Part shown: positions 28,777 through 39,177 of the stretch, one piece after another
How positions within the stretch are numbered: the stretch's first letter is position 1
Layout of the letters: every line of letters begins with the position of its first letter
Assembly (NCBI GenBank): GCA_902587735.1
Contig: CACIML010000001.1
Location: 1,014 to 65,013 of the forward strand
From: an uncultured Pelagibacteraceae bacterium
Lineage (GTDB): Bacteria; Pseudomonadota; Alphaproteobacteria; Pelagibacterales; Pelagibacteraceae
Length of the DNA: 64,000 bases
Direction of reading: 5' to 3'
Made by a program: the position numbers and the translations under genes
Notes under the pieces: generated by a model
Told to the model about the DNA's origin: nothing
The model's input: the letters and a program-made list of their open reading frames with translations, nothing else
Database searches by the model: none

Positions 28777-29793
28777 ATGTTTGAAAAACTAGAAGATTTA
28801 GCAAAAAATAATAAAAAAATTTCTGATTTCCATATTAGGGCAGGATCTCCATTGGCTTATAGACAAACCGGCGAAATTATAATGGTCAAAGAAGTGGAAG
28901 TTAAAGAACAAGATTTAAAAGATTTAATGTCAATGAATTGCAATGAAGTTGAAACACAAAGATTTGAAACTACTCACGAATTAGATTCGGCGGTGATGTT
29001 AGGCGGTCTTAGATTCAGAGCAAATTTTTACAAAACAATTAATGGACCGGCCGCTGTTCTTAGAAGAGTTGAAAGCAAAATTCCTGAAATGGATCAATTT
29101 AATTTACCACAATCACTTTATGATGTTGTAGATTTTCATAAAGGTTTGGTTTTAGTCACAGGACCAACAGGTTCAGGAAAATCAACAACACTTGCTGCAA
29201 TTATAAATGAAATAAATAAAACTAGATCAGCAAATATTGTAACTGTAGAAGATCCTGTAGAATTCATTCATAAAGATAATAGAAGTATAATTTCTCATAG
29301 AGAAGTTGGAAAACAAACAAAGACTTTTGCTTCAGCTTTAAAGGCAGCGCTAAGAGAAGATCCTGATGTAATTCTTGTTGGAGAAATGAGAGATCTTGAA
29401 ACAATTAGTCTAGCACTAACAGCAGCTGAGACTGGTCACTTGGTTTTTGGAACTTTACATACTAGTGGTGCTCCAAGCACCATAAATAGAATAATTGATG
29501 TGTTCCCACCAGAACAACAAGAACAAATTCGTGCACAAATTTCTACATCTTTAAAAATGGTAATAACACAAATGTTATTAAAAACAAAAGATGGACAAGG
29601 AAGAGTTGGTGCATTTGAAGTAATGAAATGTACTCCTCCAATTCAAAACTTAATCAGAGAAGCCAAGATTCACCAAATACCGAGCATAATGCAAACTGCA
29701 GTTAGAGATGGTATGATCACTATGGAAAAATCCCTAGAAGAATTAGTTAAATCAGGAAAAATAGATCAAGGTGCCGCAAGATCAGGACATTAA
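28777..29793 (+). CDS. pilT: Type IV pilus retraction ATPase PilT
   Basis: SDFHI, RFRAN, GPTGSGKSTT, ALREDPD, AAETGHLVFGTLHT, IQNLIRE. Confidence 0.95.
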   Translation: MFEKLEDLAKNNKKISDFHIRAGSPLAYRQTGEIIMVKEVEVKEQDLKDLMSMNCNEVETQRFETTHELDSAVMLGGLRFRANFYKTINGPAAVLRRVESKIPEMDQFNLPQSLYDVVDFHKGLVLVTGPTGSGKSTTLAAIINEINKTRSANIVTVEDPVEFIHKDNRSIISHREVGKQTKTFASALKAALREDPDVILVGEMRDLETISLALTAAETGHLVFGTLHTSGAPSTINRIIDVFPPEQQEQIRAQISTSLKMVITQMLLKTKDGQGRVGAFEVMKCTPPIQNLIREAKIHQIPSIMQTAVRDGMITMEKSLEELVKSGKIDQGAARSGH

Positions 29794-30433
29794 AGGCTTT
29801 ACACTTTTAGAATTGCTTGTTGTCATAGTAATTGTATCAGTTGTTTCCGCTGTTGCTTATCCAGGCTTTACATCATGGAAAAAAGATAGAGAGGTTGGCA
29901 ATGTAGCAATTAAAGTTGCAAATTTTATAACAACCATAAACACTCAAGCACAAAGAGGCTCATTTCCTTTTGTACAAATTTATATAAAGCCATCTACATC
30001 AAAAGTTGAATTTATAACAAAAGGCCAAAGGCCTGAAAAATATAATACTAACTTAAATAATGGAATTAGCCCTGAGTGTTCGACCGCAACTACTTCAAAT
30101 TTTTTTGATGTGAATGAAATTGATCAATATGAAAGTGATGAAAAAACAATTGCCATACAAATAGATAGTATTGGTACAGTTTGTTTTTCACAAAATGGTA
30201 AATATTTTCAAAAAGACGGAAGTATGTCGAGTAATTTAAATGTAAATATAGAAGGAAGATTATCAGACAATTATATAATAATTTGCTCATGGGATAATGC
30301 ACAAATAACAGGAAAAAAATGTGCTACAACAGAAGGAGATGGTTTAGAAAAACCTGCATACTTGGTAGAATGGTCAAGATTTGGTAACATAAGTAAATTT
30401 AAATGGAGTGGAAGTGCTTGGACTAGACAGTAA
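29771..30433 (+). CDS. Minor pilin FimU/FimT-like
   Basis: G|FTLLELLVV; first gene of the minor pilin cluster. Confidence 0.75.
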   Translation: MPQDQDIKGFTLLELLVVIVIVSVVSAVAYPGFTSWKKDREVGNVAIKVANFITTINTQAQRGSFPFVQIYIKPSTSKVEFITKGQRPEKYNTNLNNGISPECSTATTSNFFDVNEIDQYESDEKTIAIQIDSIGTVCFSQNGKYFQKDGSMSSNLNVNIEGRLSDNYIIICSWDNAQITGKKCATTEGDGLEKPAYLVEWSRFGNISKFKWSGSAWTRQ

Positions 30434-31031
30434 TAGATTAAAAGAAAAAGGAATAACACTTATTGAAGCTTTAATTTCTACAGTGATAGTAGGGATTGGA
30501 TTTGTAGCAGTGTTTCAAATGGTGAATTACTCTGTGCAATCAGTTGACGTTTCTGGAGAAAGAACCAAAACAAACTACTTGGTTAGCATGGTAGCTGAAG
30601 ATGTAATTAGTGACAAATTATCAGAAAATGCTGGAGTAAGATTGTATGATTATTTAGTTACTCAAAGAAAAACCGACTTTACCTCATGGAAAATGGGATC
30701 ATGTTCGTCGGGAACTTCATCCAGCGGAACACATAATAATGCACAGGAAAATAAATTTCAAAAATGGGAAAACCGTTTTTCAACAAAAAGAATTAAATGT
30801 AAAGGAGGAAATGCAACGCAAGATATAAAATTTTTAAAAATTTATGATATTTGCAAAAACGGTTGTAGATACACTAATAATACAGAGGAGTTCAAATTAG
30901 CTCATGGTCCAGAAAAAATTATTATAGGGAAAATGGAAGCAAATATACCAACTACAGGAACAAAAATAGATGCTACAGGTAAAGAAGTAGCAAAAACAAA
31001 GAAGAGCTATCTTTATTTTCAAATTTATTAA
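30408..31031 (+). CDS. Minor pilin PilV-like
   Basis: G|ITLIEALIS; gene order. Confidence 0.7.
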   Translation: MEVLGLDSNRLKEKGITLIEALISTVIVGIGFVAVFQMVNYSVQSVDVSGERTKTNYLVSMVAEDVISDKLSENAGVRLYDYLVTQRKTDFTSWKMGSCSSGTSSSGTHNNAQENKFQKWENRFSTKRIKCKGGNATQDIKFLKIYDICKNGCRYTNNTEEFKLAHGPEKIIIGKMEANIPTTGTKIDATGKEVAKTKKSYLYFQIY

Positions 31032-31858
31032 TGAAAAAAAAATTAAAAAACATAGCTGGCGTTACATTAATTGAAATTTTAATTGGAATTGTAATTTCAG
31101 TTGTAATGATGGCTGCAATGTTTTCATCTTATAATGCAGTAAATAGTGTCTTTCAACAAGTTACTGATAAAGCAAAAATTAGTCAGTCTGGAAGAGATAT
31201 CCTAGGAATGTTGTTAAGAGATGTTAGGATCGCAGGATTTAAACATTTTGGAGATACTGTTCAAGCATCAGATGAATTTCAACCAATTTTAATAACTAAA
31301 ACTTCTAGATTTGGACTTGAATGTGACAAAATTGATATTGTTTATGGAGATGCTGACTATGACAAAACAAAAGCAGAAGGTAAAAGATACACTTACACAA
31401 GATACAAAGTTACCTATGAATGTGCAAAATCTAAAATAATTGATAAAGAAAAATCTGGTGGCAAAACTATAGATGCATTTGCAATCTTTAAAACAAAAAA
31501 AAAATGGAATTTAACTTCAAAAACTTGGGATAATCCTGCTACAGATGGTAATGCAGAAACTTATTTTAAAGAAAAAATAATTGACCATGTGCAAGATTTT
31601 ATTTTTAATGCAGTTGATGCAAATGGAAAACTCATTAATCCACCACCTGGACCAAGCAATGCAAATAAAGACAAAATCTACGATATAAGAACTGTTGATA
31701 TTGCCTTAACCGTAAGATCAACACAAAAGTTTTATAGAGAAAAAAAAGAAAGAGATATTTTTGCTCTTAATGATAGCACTAGGAACTTTAAAAAAATTGA
31801 TAAATATTTACGAGATACAATTATAGTTACAGCGCATGCAAGAAATTTAGGATTATAA
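31031..31858 (+). CDS. Minor pilin PilW-like
   Basis: G|VTLIEILIG; RDVRIAGF; C-terminal RN. Confidence 0.8.
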   Translation: MKKKLKNIAGVTLIEILIGIVISVVMMAAMFSSYNAVNSVFQQVTDKAKISQSGRDILGMLLRDVRIAGFKHFGDTVQASDEFQPILITKTSRFGLECDKIDIVYGDADYDKTKAEGKRYTYTRYKVTYECAKSKIIDKEKSGGKTIDAFAIFKTKKKWNLTSKTWDNPATDGNAETYFKEKIIDHVQDFIFNAVDANGKLINPPPGPSNANKDKIYDIRTVDIALTVRSTQKFYREKKERDIFALNDSTRNFKKIDKYLRDTIIVTAHARNLGL

Positions 31859-32553
31859 TGAATAGAAAAAATGAAAAAGGATTTGCTTTAGTTTTATCAC
31901 TTGTGCTTTTACTTGTAATGTCATTGATGGGTGGATCATTGATCTTGATTTCTTCAGGAGATCATCAAAGCAACAATACAAGCGATGATTTTCAACAAAC
32001 CTTTTATGTTGCTGAAACAGCTTTGTTCCAAGGAGAAAAATATGTTTTAAATCTAGCTGAAGGACCATGGAAAGCTAACGGAGTAGACAGAGATAAATCA
32101 AAAGCGAAATTACCACTTAATGAGTGGCAATCAGGTAAATGGGAAGGTGAAATGGTTAAAAAAAATTACGACAATTCTGATGCTAATTTTAAGAAACTAT
32201 CCAATAATATTTGTTATAATAGTTTTCCTGATTTGGATCGTGCAAAGCTAAAAAAAGATGGAATTGTTGGTGCAGAAAGTTGGAATTTTGGAGAATTAAT
32301 TTTAGATAGTTTTGGTAGTAATACAGACGACCAAGAAAAAAAAGAAGCTGAAGCGTTAAAAGCATTTTTTTTTGAATATTTTGTCATAAGACTTGGTGAT
32401 GCAACGTATAGAGGCAGTGGTTCTAGTATTAAAAAACAACAACAAGAAAGTGGTAAAAATGGTATGGCCTATAGAGTTTATGGTTGTGGAATAAATTCTA
32501 ACGTGAAACGTATGGTTGTAGCCTTAGAAAGTACAATTATTCTCCCAAAATGA
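31858..32553 (+). CDS. Minor pilin PilX-like
   Basis: G|FALVLSL without Glu5; FYVAETAL. Confidence 0.8.
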   Translation: MNRKNEKGFALVLSLVLLLVMSLMGGSLILISSGDHQSNNTSDDFQQTFYVAETALFQGEKYVLNLAEGPWKANGVDRDKSKAKLPLNEWQSGKWEGEMVKKNYDNSDANFKKLSNNICYNSFPDLDRAKLKKDGIVGAESWNFGELILDSFGSNTDDQEKKEAEALKAFFFEYFVIRLGDATYRGSGSSIKKQQQESGKNGMAYRVYGCGINSNVKRMVVALESTIILPK

Positions 32554-32618
32554 TAAATCATTATGGTTATAAAACCACTTTAATTATTGCTGATTAAAAA
32601 GTACATTATTGAAAAATT

Positions 32619-33161
32619 ATGAAAATAATTGCCAAAATATTACTTTTGTTTTTTATTTTTAGTTCCTCTGCTTATTCAGCATGTAACTTTAAAGCTCGAT
32701 TTGGAGACAGTAAAATTGGTTTTGAGGAAAAAATTGGAGGAAGATCTTTTCCTTTACAATATCCTGGACTAGAAGTTTTTCCTATACTTGCAAACGATAT
32801 CTGCCCAAATGAAAAATTAGATGACATTGGTATTGAGTATAAGTTTTTAAATGATTCTCTTATAGCAATTAATTTTGTGGCTTTAAATGATGAAAAAAAT
32901 CATGTCTCAGAAAAATTAACATTAATGAAGTATACTAAAAAAGTTTATGGAAAATTCGACACAACTGAAAACCCAAAGTCTTACATTGGGTTTGAAGTAA
33001 TTGAAAAAACTAATGAATTTATTGTTTATCGAAGACTCCTGAATGATGATGGAACTTTAGATGAACAACTTTATATCTCTACTCCAGCGTTTGATAAAAA
33101 ACTAATGGAATTTTATGCAAAGATGGAAATGGAACTATTAGAAAGTAGTAATGAAAATTAA
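32619..33161 (+). CDS. Secreted hypothetical protein
   Basis: Signal peptide; overlaps pilY1 start. Confidence 0.65.
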   Translation: MKIIAKILLLFFIFSSSAYSACNFKARFGDSKIGFEEKIGGRSFPLQYPGLEVFPILANDICPNEKLDDIGIEYKFLNDSLIAINFVALNDEKNHVSEKLTLMKYTKKVYGKFDTTENPKSYIGFEVIEKTNEFIVYRRLLNDDGTLDEQLYISTPAFDKKLMEFYAKMEMELLESSNEN

Positions 33162-36100
33162 AAAATTAATTTTAGCTGTTTTTTTATTTACTTTTACTTT
33201 AAGTGAAAGCTTATTTGCAAAAGCCTTACCTCCTGGAAGTGGACCTGGAGATGTTCCGGCAAACGTATTAATCTTGTTGGATAAATCAGGAAGTATGGGT
33301 TGGCGTATGAGTGGTGGTACGACTGCAATGAGATACCCTTACGATGCTGATGCCGATAGCAATGGTGATATTTTAGTTTCACAATATAACAGGGATGGAG
33401 TTAAAAAATTTGTTTATGACACAGCAACACTTGACAGTGGTTTTGGTAATAACGGTATATCTGGTAAAGGTAATGTTCAGCATGAAGGTAGTAACCAATG
33501 TAAAACCTCCTACTCTTATAGTGGAGAAGTTTATAACGATGTTTATTACACCACAGCTTATTATGAAAGGTCTGTTGTAGCTATTAATGCAATGACTGGA
33601 AAATGTGTAAGAAAATATTATTTAGGTTTTTATCCATATAATATGACGATCGATCAAACCACAGGTTATTTATATGTGGGAGGAGCTAATGGATTTAAAA
33701 CAATTAATTTGTCAAATCACTCTATGAATAACTGTAGTCTTAATACTAATTTTAAATATAATTATGGTTCGACTGTAAGTGGAGGTTATTTTTATTTTTA
33801 TAGAAGCCCTAGAATATATAGATCTACGTTGAGTACTTCTGGTAGCAGATGTCCACAAAATTCATACACCCAATTTAATTATAATGTAGGTTATTATGTT
33901 GGTCTAGAGGCCAATCCTAATAACCCAAATAACTTATTCGCATTATCTTGGATTATGAGCAACTTGAGGAGTATTACTGTAAATAGTAACGGTACTGGAT
34001 ATTCGTCAAATTGGGATAGGGGTTCAAGAAGCGCTAACAGTAGTAGTGCAACTGCAACTTATTTTTATTACCCTTGGGGTTTGGGTTGGGACTCAACTAA
34101 CAACAGATTAATAGCAGCTGATCTGAACAAAGGATCTGTGCAGATTTTTGATAACAATGGTGGATGGCTTAAAAATTTTGGTGGCGCACCAACAACTCGA
34201 ATGCAAGCAGCAGCAGCGGCAATTAAATCTATAGTAACTGATGCATCCTTAACATCTGGGGTTAATTTTGGATTTGCTTATTGGGCTCACGGTTCAGCAG
34301 GTTTTACTAGATGGAATGGTAATCACAAAACAGGAACAGGAAATGCATCTCCTTGCAACAACTACAATTGTTTAAAAGTTCCAATCTTTAAAGGAGGGGC
34401 AGCAAAAATTGCTGGAATGATACATACAGTAAATCCAGGAGGTGGAACTGACGCTAATGCTTTTATGAAAATTGCTCAGCAATATTATACTAACGGAACC
34501 TACTCTCCGGTTGATACAAAATCACCTTGTCAAAATAGTTATGTTATGGTTATTGGTGATGGAGATTGGTACAATCATTCAGCCGCTGAAAGTAAAGTAA
34601 AAAGCTTATATAAAGGAAATTTAAAAATAAAAACTTTTGCTGTAGCGTTTGGAACAGGAATTAGTTCTAATGGTTTAAAAAACTTTCAAAAAATAGCAAA
34701 AGCTGGTGGAACAAAAAATGCAATAGAAGCAAAAACTGCTGAGAAACTAAAATCAGAATTAAAAGCCGCAATATCACAAATTATTGCAACAAAACTATCA
34801 TTTACAGCACCCGCAATAACAGCAACGATTACAGAGGGAGGTTCATTATACCAAGCTAGTTTTGACTACATGCAGAATAAGGAGTGGACAGGAACAATTG
34901 CTAAAATCAGAATAAATCGAAACGGTAGTCTTGATGAAAAACATTCTAGCAACTGGTCTGCTAAAGAAAAGCTACCATCGCCAGCAAGTAGAAAAATATG
35001 GACTGTATTAGACGGAGTAGATTACAAAACAAACTATAATAACTTTGTGGATACAAATTCTACTGCAATAGGAAATCTATTTAATTTGTTCGGACATGAA
35101 GTTTTAGACTACCATAAAGATAGCACTAATGCTGATGGAACTACGCATAATAAAAGGTGTGCTTCATCACCTGGAGTAGTTGATGGAATAGCTGATGATA
35201 CAAAAGGATTAATTAATTTTGTAAGAGGAACAGATTATTTTACTTATAAGAAGGGTTGCAATATGACCGCAACAAGAGATAGTCCGATGGGAGATATCTA
35301 TCACTCTCAACTTGTTGTGGTTGGTCCACCAGTAGCAGACACTGCTTTTACTAATACTCGTCAAGAATCATACTGGAGATCAAAAAATAATTACAGTACA
35401 TGGGCTAGATCTGGGAATTTAGCAAATAGAGATGAAGTGCTTTATGCTGGATCTAATAGCGGAATGCTTCATGCAATTGATACGAAAACAGGTGTAGAAA
35501 AATGGGCATTTATACCACCATTAATTGCTCCAAATTTACCATTAGTAATGAATACAAATTTAAATCAACCAGAAGGAGGAGGATCAAACGCAATCTTTGG
35601 TGTGGATGGATCAATTGTCCAACATGATGTGTATCTTAAAGCTCCTGGAGCAACGAAGCACGATTGGCATACAATTTTATTTGTGCCTTACGGTAGAGGC
35701 GGTTCTGGTTTTAGTGTATTAGATGTAACAGATCCAGACAAACCTCTTCACTGGTACTCAATTTATAATGATATAATTAATAACAAAGTTTACAGGGTAG
35801 ATCACAATGGAGGTGTTCACAATTATGATTACATTGCAACTTCATATTCATTGGCTTCATTTAGTGAATCCATTGAAGTAACAAGTGCATGGAATATGAA
35901 CAACAGCATCTCTAGTACTTGTCAGGAAACAAGGGATGGCAGCGGTGACTTAACAACATCATGTTATAAAAGTAAAAAATGGACATTGCCTGTGCAAGGA
36001 TTAAGCAAAAATGATTTAAAAATAATAAAAGATGATAAAGAGTATACTAGATTTACTGTATCAGCAGATGGAAATGGAGATACTGTTATAACTTTTGTTC

Positions 36101-37335
36101 ATGAAATGACTTATTCTGCTGATACTGGAGACACTAACACAAGTTCGGAACTTGGAGTTATAATCAAACCAGGGTCTAAAGCAACTGGGGTTCTAACACA
36201 CCCTGAATACGACTATAGTACATTAGGCCAAACCTGGTCTGATCCTAGAATCTTTAGAATACCTGATAAAGGAGCTGGAGATAATACTATTATAGATGAT
36301 ATTTATGTTGCTGTAATGGGTGGTGGATTTGGAACACAGTTTGAAGGTGTTGGTTCAAACTTAACAATTGTTGATTTAGAAGACACACTAAACCCTGGAA
36401 GATTATACGCTGGTGTTTACGATTATAATAAGAATAAAGGTACACCAAGTGAATCTAAAGTATTAGATATAGAAGATTTAGCAGCAGGTGAAATTGTAAA
36501 TTCAACACCGGGATCGCCAATGTTGATTACTCCAGAACAAGACAATGTTAATTGGTCTGGTGCAATGTTATATATAAACGATCTTGAAGGAAAAATTACA
36601 AAATTTAATTTAACAAATCAGACTACTGATGACCTTAATAATACGATTAAAATGTTCGATAGCACAACTTTATTTACTGCAGGATCGTCAAAAGCAAATG
36701 GAAGATACATGTATCACTCAATGGATGTAGCAAAAGATGAAAGAGGAAGAATATGGTTGTTTGGAGGTACGGGTGATTATGATAGGATAAATGACACTAC
36801 TCCTGGAGTTTCAAATTATCTATTAGGTATCAAAGACCCTCACTATCCATATTATAGAGATGTTGCAGTTCCTACAAAAGCTGACGACATTACAAAATGT
36901 AAAAATACTACTAATGACACTAATGGCGTTCACTGTCCTAAAACTGCTGACAAAGGCTGGTACGCTATTTTACCAAATTTTGCTAAAACAACTGCTGAAC
37001 CAACCGCAAAATCCGGAAATGTATTTTTCCCAGTTTATGAACCAACAACAGGGCTTAATAGATGCTTTTTAGGAGATGCGTACATATGTGCTAGAGATGG
37101 AGTTTGTGGTACAGATGTATCAAGAAGATCACTTGGAAAAAGTAGTGGAAATAAGAGTATGCAAAACTGCTTATTTGTTGGAAGTGGAGTATTGTCTAAA
37201 ATTGTTTTCTTTGGAAACACTTTCTTTGCCAACATCGCTGGTGAAGCACAAAGTGGGAAGAAAGACTTAGTAACTGGTAAAGCTTCATCATCAGGATCTG
37301 CAACTTATAGAAGTTCTTGGAAGAGTAATTACTAA
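33151..37335 (+). CDS. pilY1: PilY1 tip adhesin (vWA with inserted NHL-like propeller, plus PilY1 propeller)
   Basis: LDKSGSM MIDAS; MGDIYHS, GMLHAID..G.EKWAFIP, FGVDGS, LGQTWSDP, FGGTG. Confidence 0.88.
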   Translation: MKIKKLILAVFLFTFTLSESLFAKALPPGSGPGDVPANVLILLDKSGSMGWRMSGGTTAMRYPYDADADSNGDILVSQYNRDGVKKFVYDTATLDSGFGNNGISGKGNVQHEGSNQCKTSYSYSGEVYNDVYYTTAYYERSVVAINAMTGKCVRKYYLGFYPYNMTIDQTTGYLYVGGANGFKTINLSNHSMNNCSLNTNFKYNYGSTVSGGYFYFYRSPRIYRSTLSTSGSRCPQNSYTQFNYNVGYYVGLEANPNNPNNLFALSWIMSNLRSITVNSNGTGYSSNWDRGSRSANSSSATATYFYYPWGLGWDSTNNRLIAADLNKGSVQIFDNNGGWLKNFGGAPTTRMQAAAAAIKSIVTDASLTSGVNFGFAYWAHGSAGFTRWNGNHKTGTGNASPCNNYNCLKVPIFKGGAAKIAGMIHTVNPGGGTDANAFMKIAQQYYTNGTYSPVDTKSPCQNSYVMVIGDGDWYNHSAAESKVKSLYKGNLKIKTFAVAFGTGISSNGLKNFQKIAKAGGTKNAIEAKTAEKLKSELKAAISQIIATKLSFTAPAITATITEGGSLYQASFDYMQNKEWTGTIAKIRINRNGSLDEKHSSNWSAKEKLPSPASRKIWTVLDGVDYKTNYNNFVDTNSTAIGNLFNLFGHEVLDYHKDSTNADGTTHNKRCASSPGVVDGIADDTKGLINFVRGTDYFTYKKGCNMTATRDSPMGDIYHSQLVVVGPPVADTAFTNTRQESYWRSKNNYSTWARSGNLANRDEVLYAGSNSGMLHAIDTKTGVEKWAFIPPLIAPNLPLVMNTNLNQPEGGGSNAIFGVDGSIVQHDVYLKAPGATKHDWHTILFVPYGRGGSGFSVLDVTDPDKPLHWYSIYNDIINNKVYRVDHNGGVHNYDYIATSYSLASFSESIEVTSAWNMNNSISSTCQETRDGSGDLTTSCYKSKKWTLPVQGLSKNDLKIIKDDKEYTRFTVSADGNGDTVITFVHEMTYSADTGDTNTSSELGVIIKPGSKATGVLTHPEYDYSTLGQTWSDPRIFRIPDKGAGDNTIIDDIYVAVMGGGFGTQFEGVGSNLTIVDLEDTLNPGRLYAGVYDYNKNKGTPSESKVLDIEDLAAGEIVNSTPGSPMLITPEQDNVNWSGAMLYINDLEGKITKFNLTNQTTDDLNNTIKMFDSTTLFTAGSSKANGRYMYHSMDVAKDERGRIWLFGGTGDYDRINDTTPGVSNYLLGIKDPHYPYYRDVAVPTKADDITKCKNTTNDTNGVHCPKTADKGWYAILPNFAKTTAEPTAKSGNVFFPVYEPTTGLNRCFLGDAYICARDGVCGTDVSRRSLGKSSGNKSMQNCLFVGSGVLSKIVFFGNTFFANIAGEAQSGKKDLVTGKASSSGSATYRSSWKSNY

Positions 37336-37532
37336 AATAGTTTATAGTAAAAAAAAATTACCCAGGCAAACATCGTTAACATTGTAGAAAATATTAAAGC
37401 TAATCCAACAATGGTATCTTGGTTTACTTTCTTTCGCCATTTTTGTGGAAAAAAATTAAGTGAATAAGCATAAACAATAATAAAAGTATTTAAGGCTGAA
37501 ATTATAATATTTATAAATAAAAATTTTTCCAT
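37332..37532 (-). CDS. Small two-TM membrane protein
   Basis: MEKFLFINII..., two hydrophobic helices around WRKK. Confidence 0.6.
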   Translation of the reverse strand: MEKFLFINIIISALNTFIIVYAYSLNFFPQKWRKKVNQDTIVGLALIFSTMLTMFAWVIFFYYKLF

Positions 37533-37554
37533 TAGAAGTTTTATGTAATTATGA

Positions 37555-38097
37555 TTAGCACCAACCCGGCATTTCAAATACTATTCCACCGTATGATCCA
37601 ACATCTCCAGGATTTACTTGTGACTTTCTTAATGAAGATGAAGTGTCCCAAAGATCTGGGTTTAATTCTTTGTCAACATAAGTTCTTATATAAATTTTAC
37701 ACTTATTAAGACCTGTGTTTATATCAACGGCAATAGCTTCTTCAATATAACCACCCGTGAGCACCATGCATCCTCTCGTTGGTCTATAAACATTTGTACA
37801 AACATTATTATTCACATGAGCTAGTACTTTATTGGCAAAATCTGATTTACTGTTCGAACTGCAGCTATAAGTAACATTATTTCCTGAAGCGTCTTTAAAC
37901 ATTGCTTCACTACCAATTTCACAATCCATAGATTTGGTTACTAAAAACTTTACAACCAAATCATGATTAGATTTAATAGTTACATCTTTGGCTCTTGCTG
38001 TATACCCACTATACGCAACTACTCCTACAGCAGCTAATATTCCAATGATGGCAACAACGACCAATAACTCTATTAGTGTAAAGCCTTTTTGTTTCAT
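37555..38097 (-). CDS. Type IV pilin, array copy 1
   Basis: G|FTLIELLVVVAIIGILAAVGVVAYSGYT. Confidence 0.9.
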   Translation of the reverse strand: MKQKGFTLIELLVVVAIIGILAAVGVVAYSGYTARAKDVTIKSNHDLVVKFLVTKSMDCEIGSEAMFKDASGNNVTYSCSSNSKSDFANKVLAHVNNNVCTNVYRPTRGCMVLTGGYIEEAIAVDINTGLNKCKIYIRTYVDKELNPDLWDTSSSLRKSQVNPGDVGSYGGIVFEMPGWC

Positions 38098-38119
38098 AAA
38101 TTATTTATGAAAAATTTTT

Positions 38120-38890
38120 TTAACTTTTTGTAGAAACTGTAAATTTAACTTTTTTATCAGAATAATCTCTTCCAATTCCAGTTACACCGCCATCTTTGAT
38201 CCATTTAAGAGTTCCCGCTGCTCCCATACTGTTTGTGCAAGAAATCTGCCAAGTACCTTTGCCATCTGCTTGTAGAGAATATGAACCTTCACAAGTTCCA
38301 TCATTATTAGGTAGAGCTAAATTTAATGTGCCTTTATAATCTGCTTCACTAAACTCTACAGTTCCAGCAATTAAATCTGAATAACCTTCCCAGCTTAATG
38401 CTAAAGATCTTTCACCCTCTAGTGAATATTTTTTTACAACCTTCTCTTCCTTTTTCTTTTCTATTTTTTTAGTTTCTCCTCCCAAAAACCCTAGTTCTGT
38501 CAATTTAGCTTTAATTTCTGCATCGCTCCACTTGCTATTAATTCTGGATGCTTTACCTTTGGCAGGATTAATTCCATTTTTCCATTTTATTGACCTTCCT
38601 CTTGCAAACGTACCACATTCAGTATTGGTTTCTCTTTCGCATTGCTTAATTCCTTGGCTATCACTGCCTCTGCAGTTGCCAGCCCCATCTGGGCAATAAT
38701 AATAAATTGCCCACGATGAATCATTTGAAATTATAAATAACTCAGGAGCTTCAGAATGTTTTCCTCTTATATACTTCATAAAATAATCTACTGCCCAAGG
38801 TTCAAGTTTAAGCTCACCTTTTCCAGGTTTGCTAAAAGCATTACTGCTTAACAGTAAACCCAGAACCACGATCCCTAAAAGCTTTTTCAT
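38120..38890 (-). CDS. Secreted Cys-containing protein with MKKLLG leader
   Basis: Signal peptide MKKLLGIVVLGLLL; YYYCP...C...C...C..FA..R.I.W domain shared with 46520..47158. Confidence 0.7.
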   Translation of the reverse strand: MKKLLGIVVLGLLLSSNAFSKPGKGELKLEPWAVDYFMKYIRGKHSEAPELFIISNDSSWAIYYYCPDGAGNCRGSDSQGIKQCERETNTECGTFARGRSIKWKNGINPAKGKASRINSKWSDAEIKAKLTELGFLGGETKKIEKKKEEKVVKKYSLEGERSLALSWEGYSDLIAGTVEFSEADYKGTLNLALPNNDGTCEGSYSLQADGKGTWQISCTNSMGAAGTLKWIKDGGVTGIGRDYSDKKVKFTVSTKS

Positions 38891-39004
38891 CATCCAAGAT
38901 CTTAGCACAAAAAATCTGCTCACACTATATCCATGCTTGAACTGCAAATACTCACTTTTTAATTCGAATTAAGATTGTATTATAAGGATAAATAACCGGG
39001 GGCT

Positions 39005-39045
39005 TCGGGCTTATGAGTACCGCCCTCTAACCAACTGAATTATCC
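39005..39045 (-). pseudogene. Degenerate 5' half of a tRNA(CAT)
   Basis: Minus strand ...TCAGTTGGTTAGAG (D arm) ...ACTCATAAGCCCGA (anticodon arm); no T arm. Confidence 0.7.
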
Positions 39046-39117
39046 ATTAAACTATCATCTCTTTATAATAGAAAAGTTGTTTAGCATAAAACTTTAAGAA
39101 AATAGCTAACTAAAAAC

Positions 39118-39126
39118 TTATCCACA
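39118..39126 (+). promoter_or_regulatory. Consensus DnaA box upstream of guaC
   Basis: TTATCCACA, single copy. Confidence 0.35.
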
Positions 39127-39177
39127 GGCAATTTATTAATTTGAAATTAATTTTTATAATAATACCTTACGATTTAA

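Noticed and set aside
38995-39050. Functional tRNA gene
   Set aside because: T arm and acceptor 3' strand are missing and the stems are degenerate
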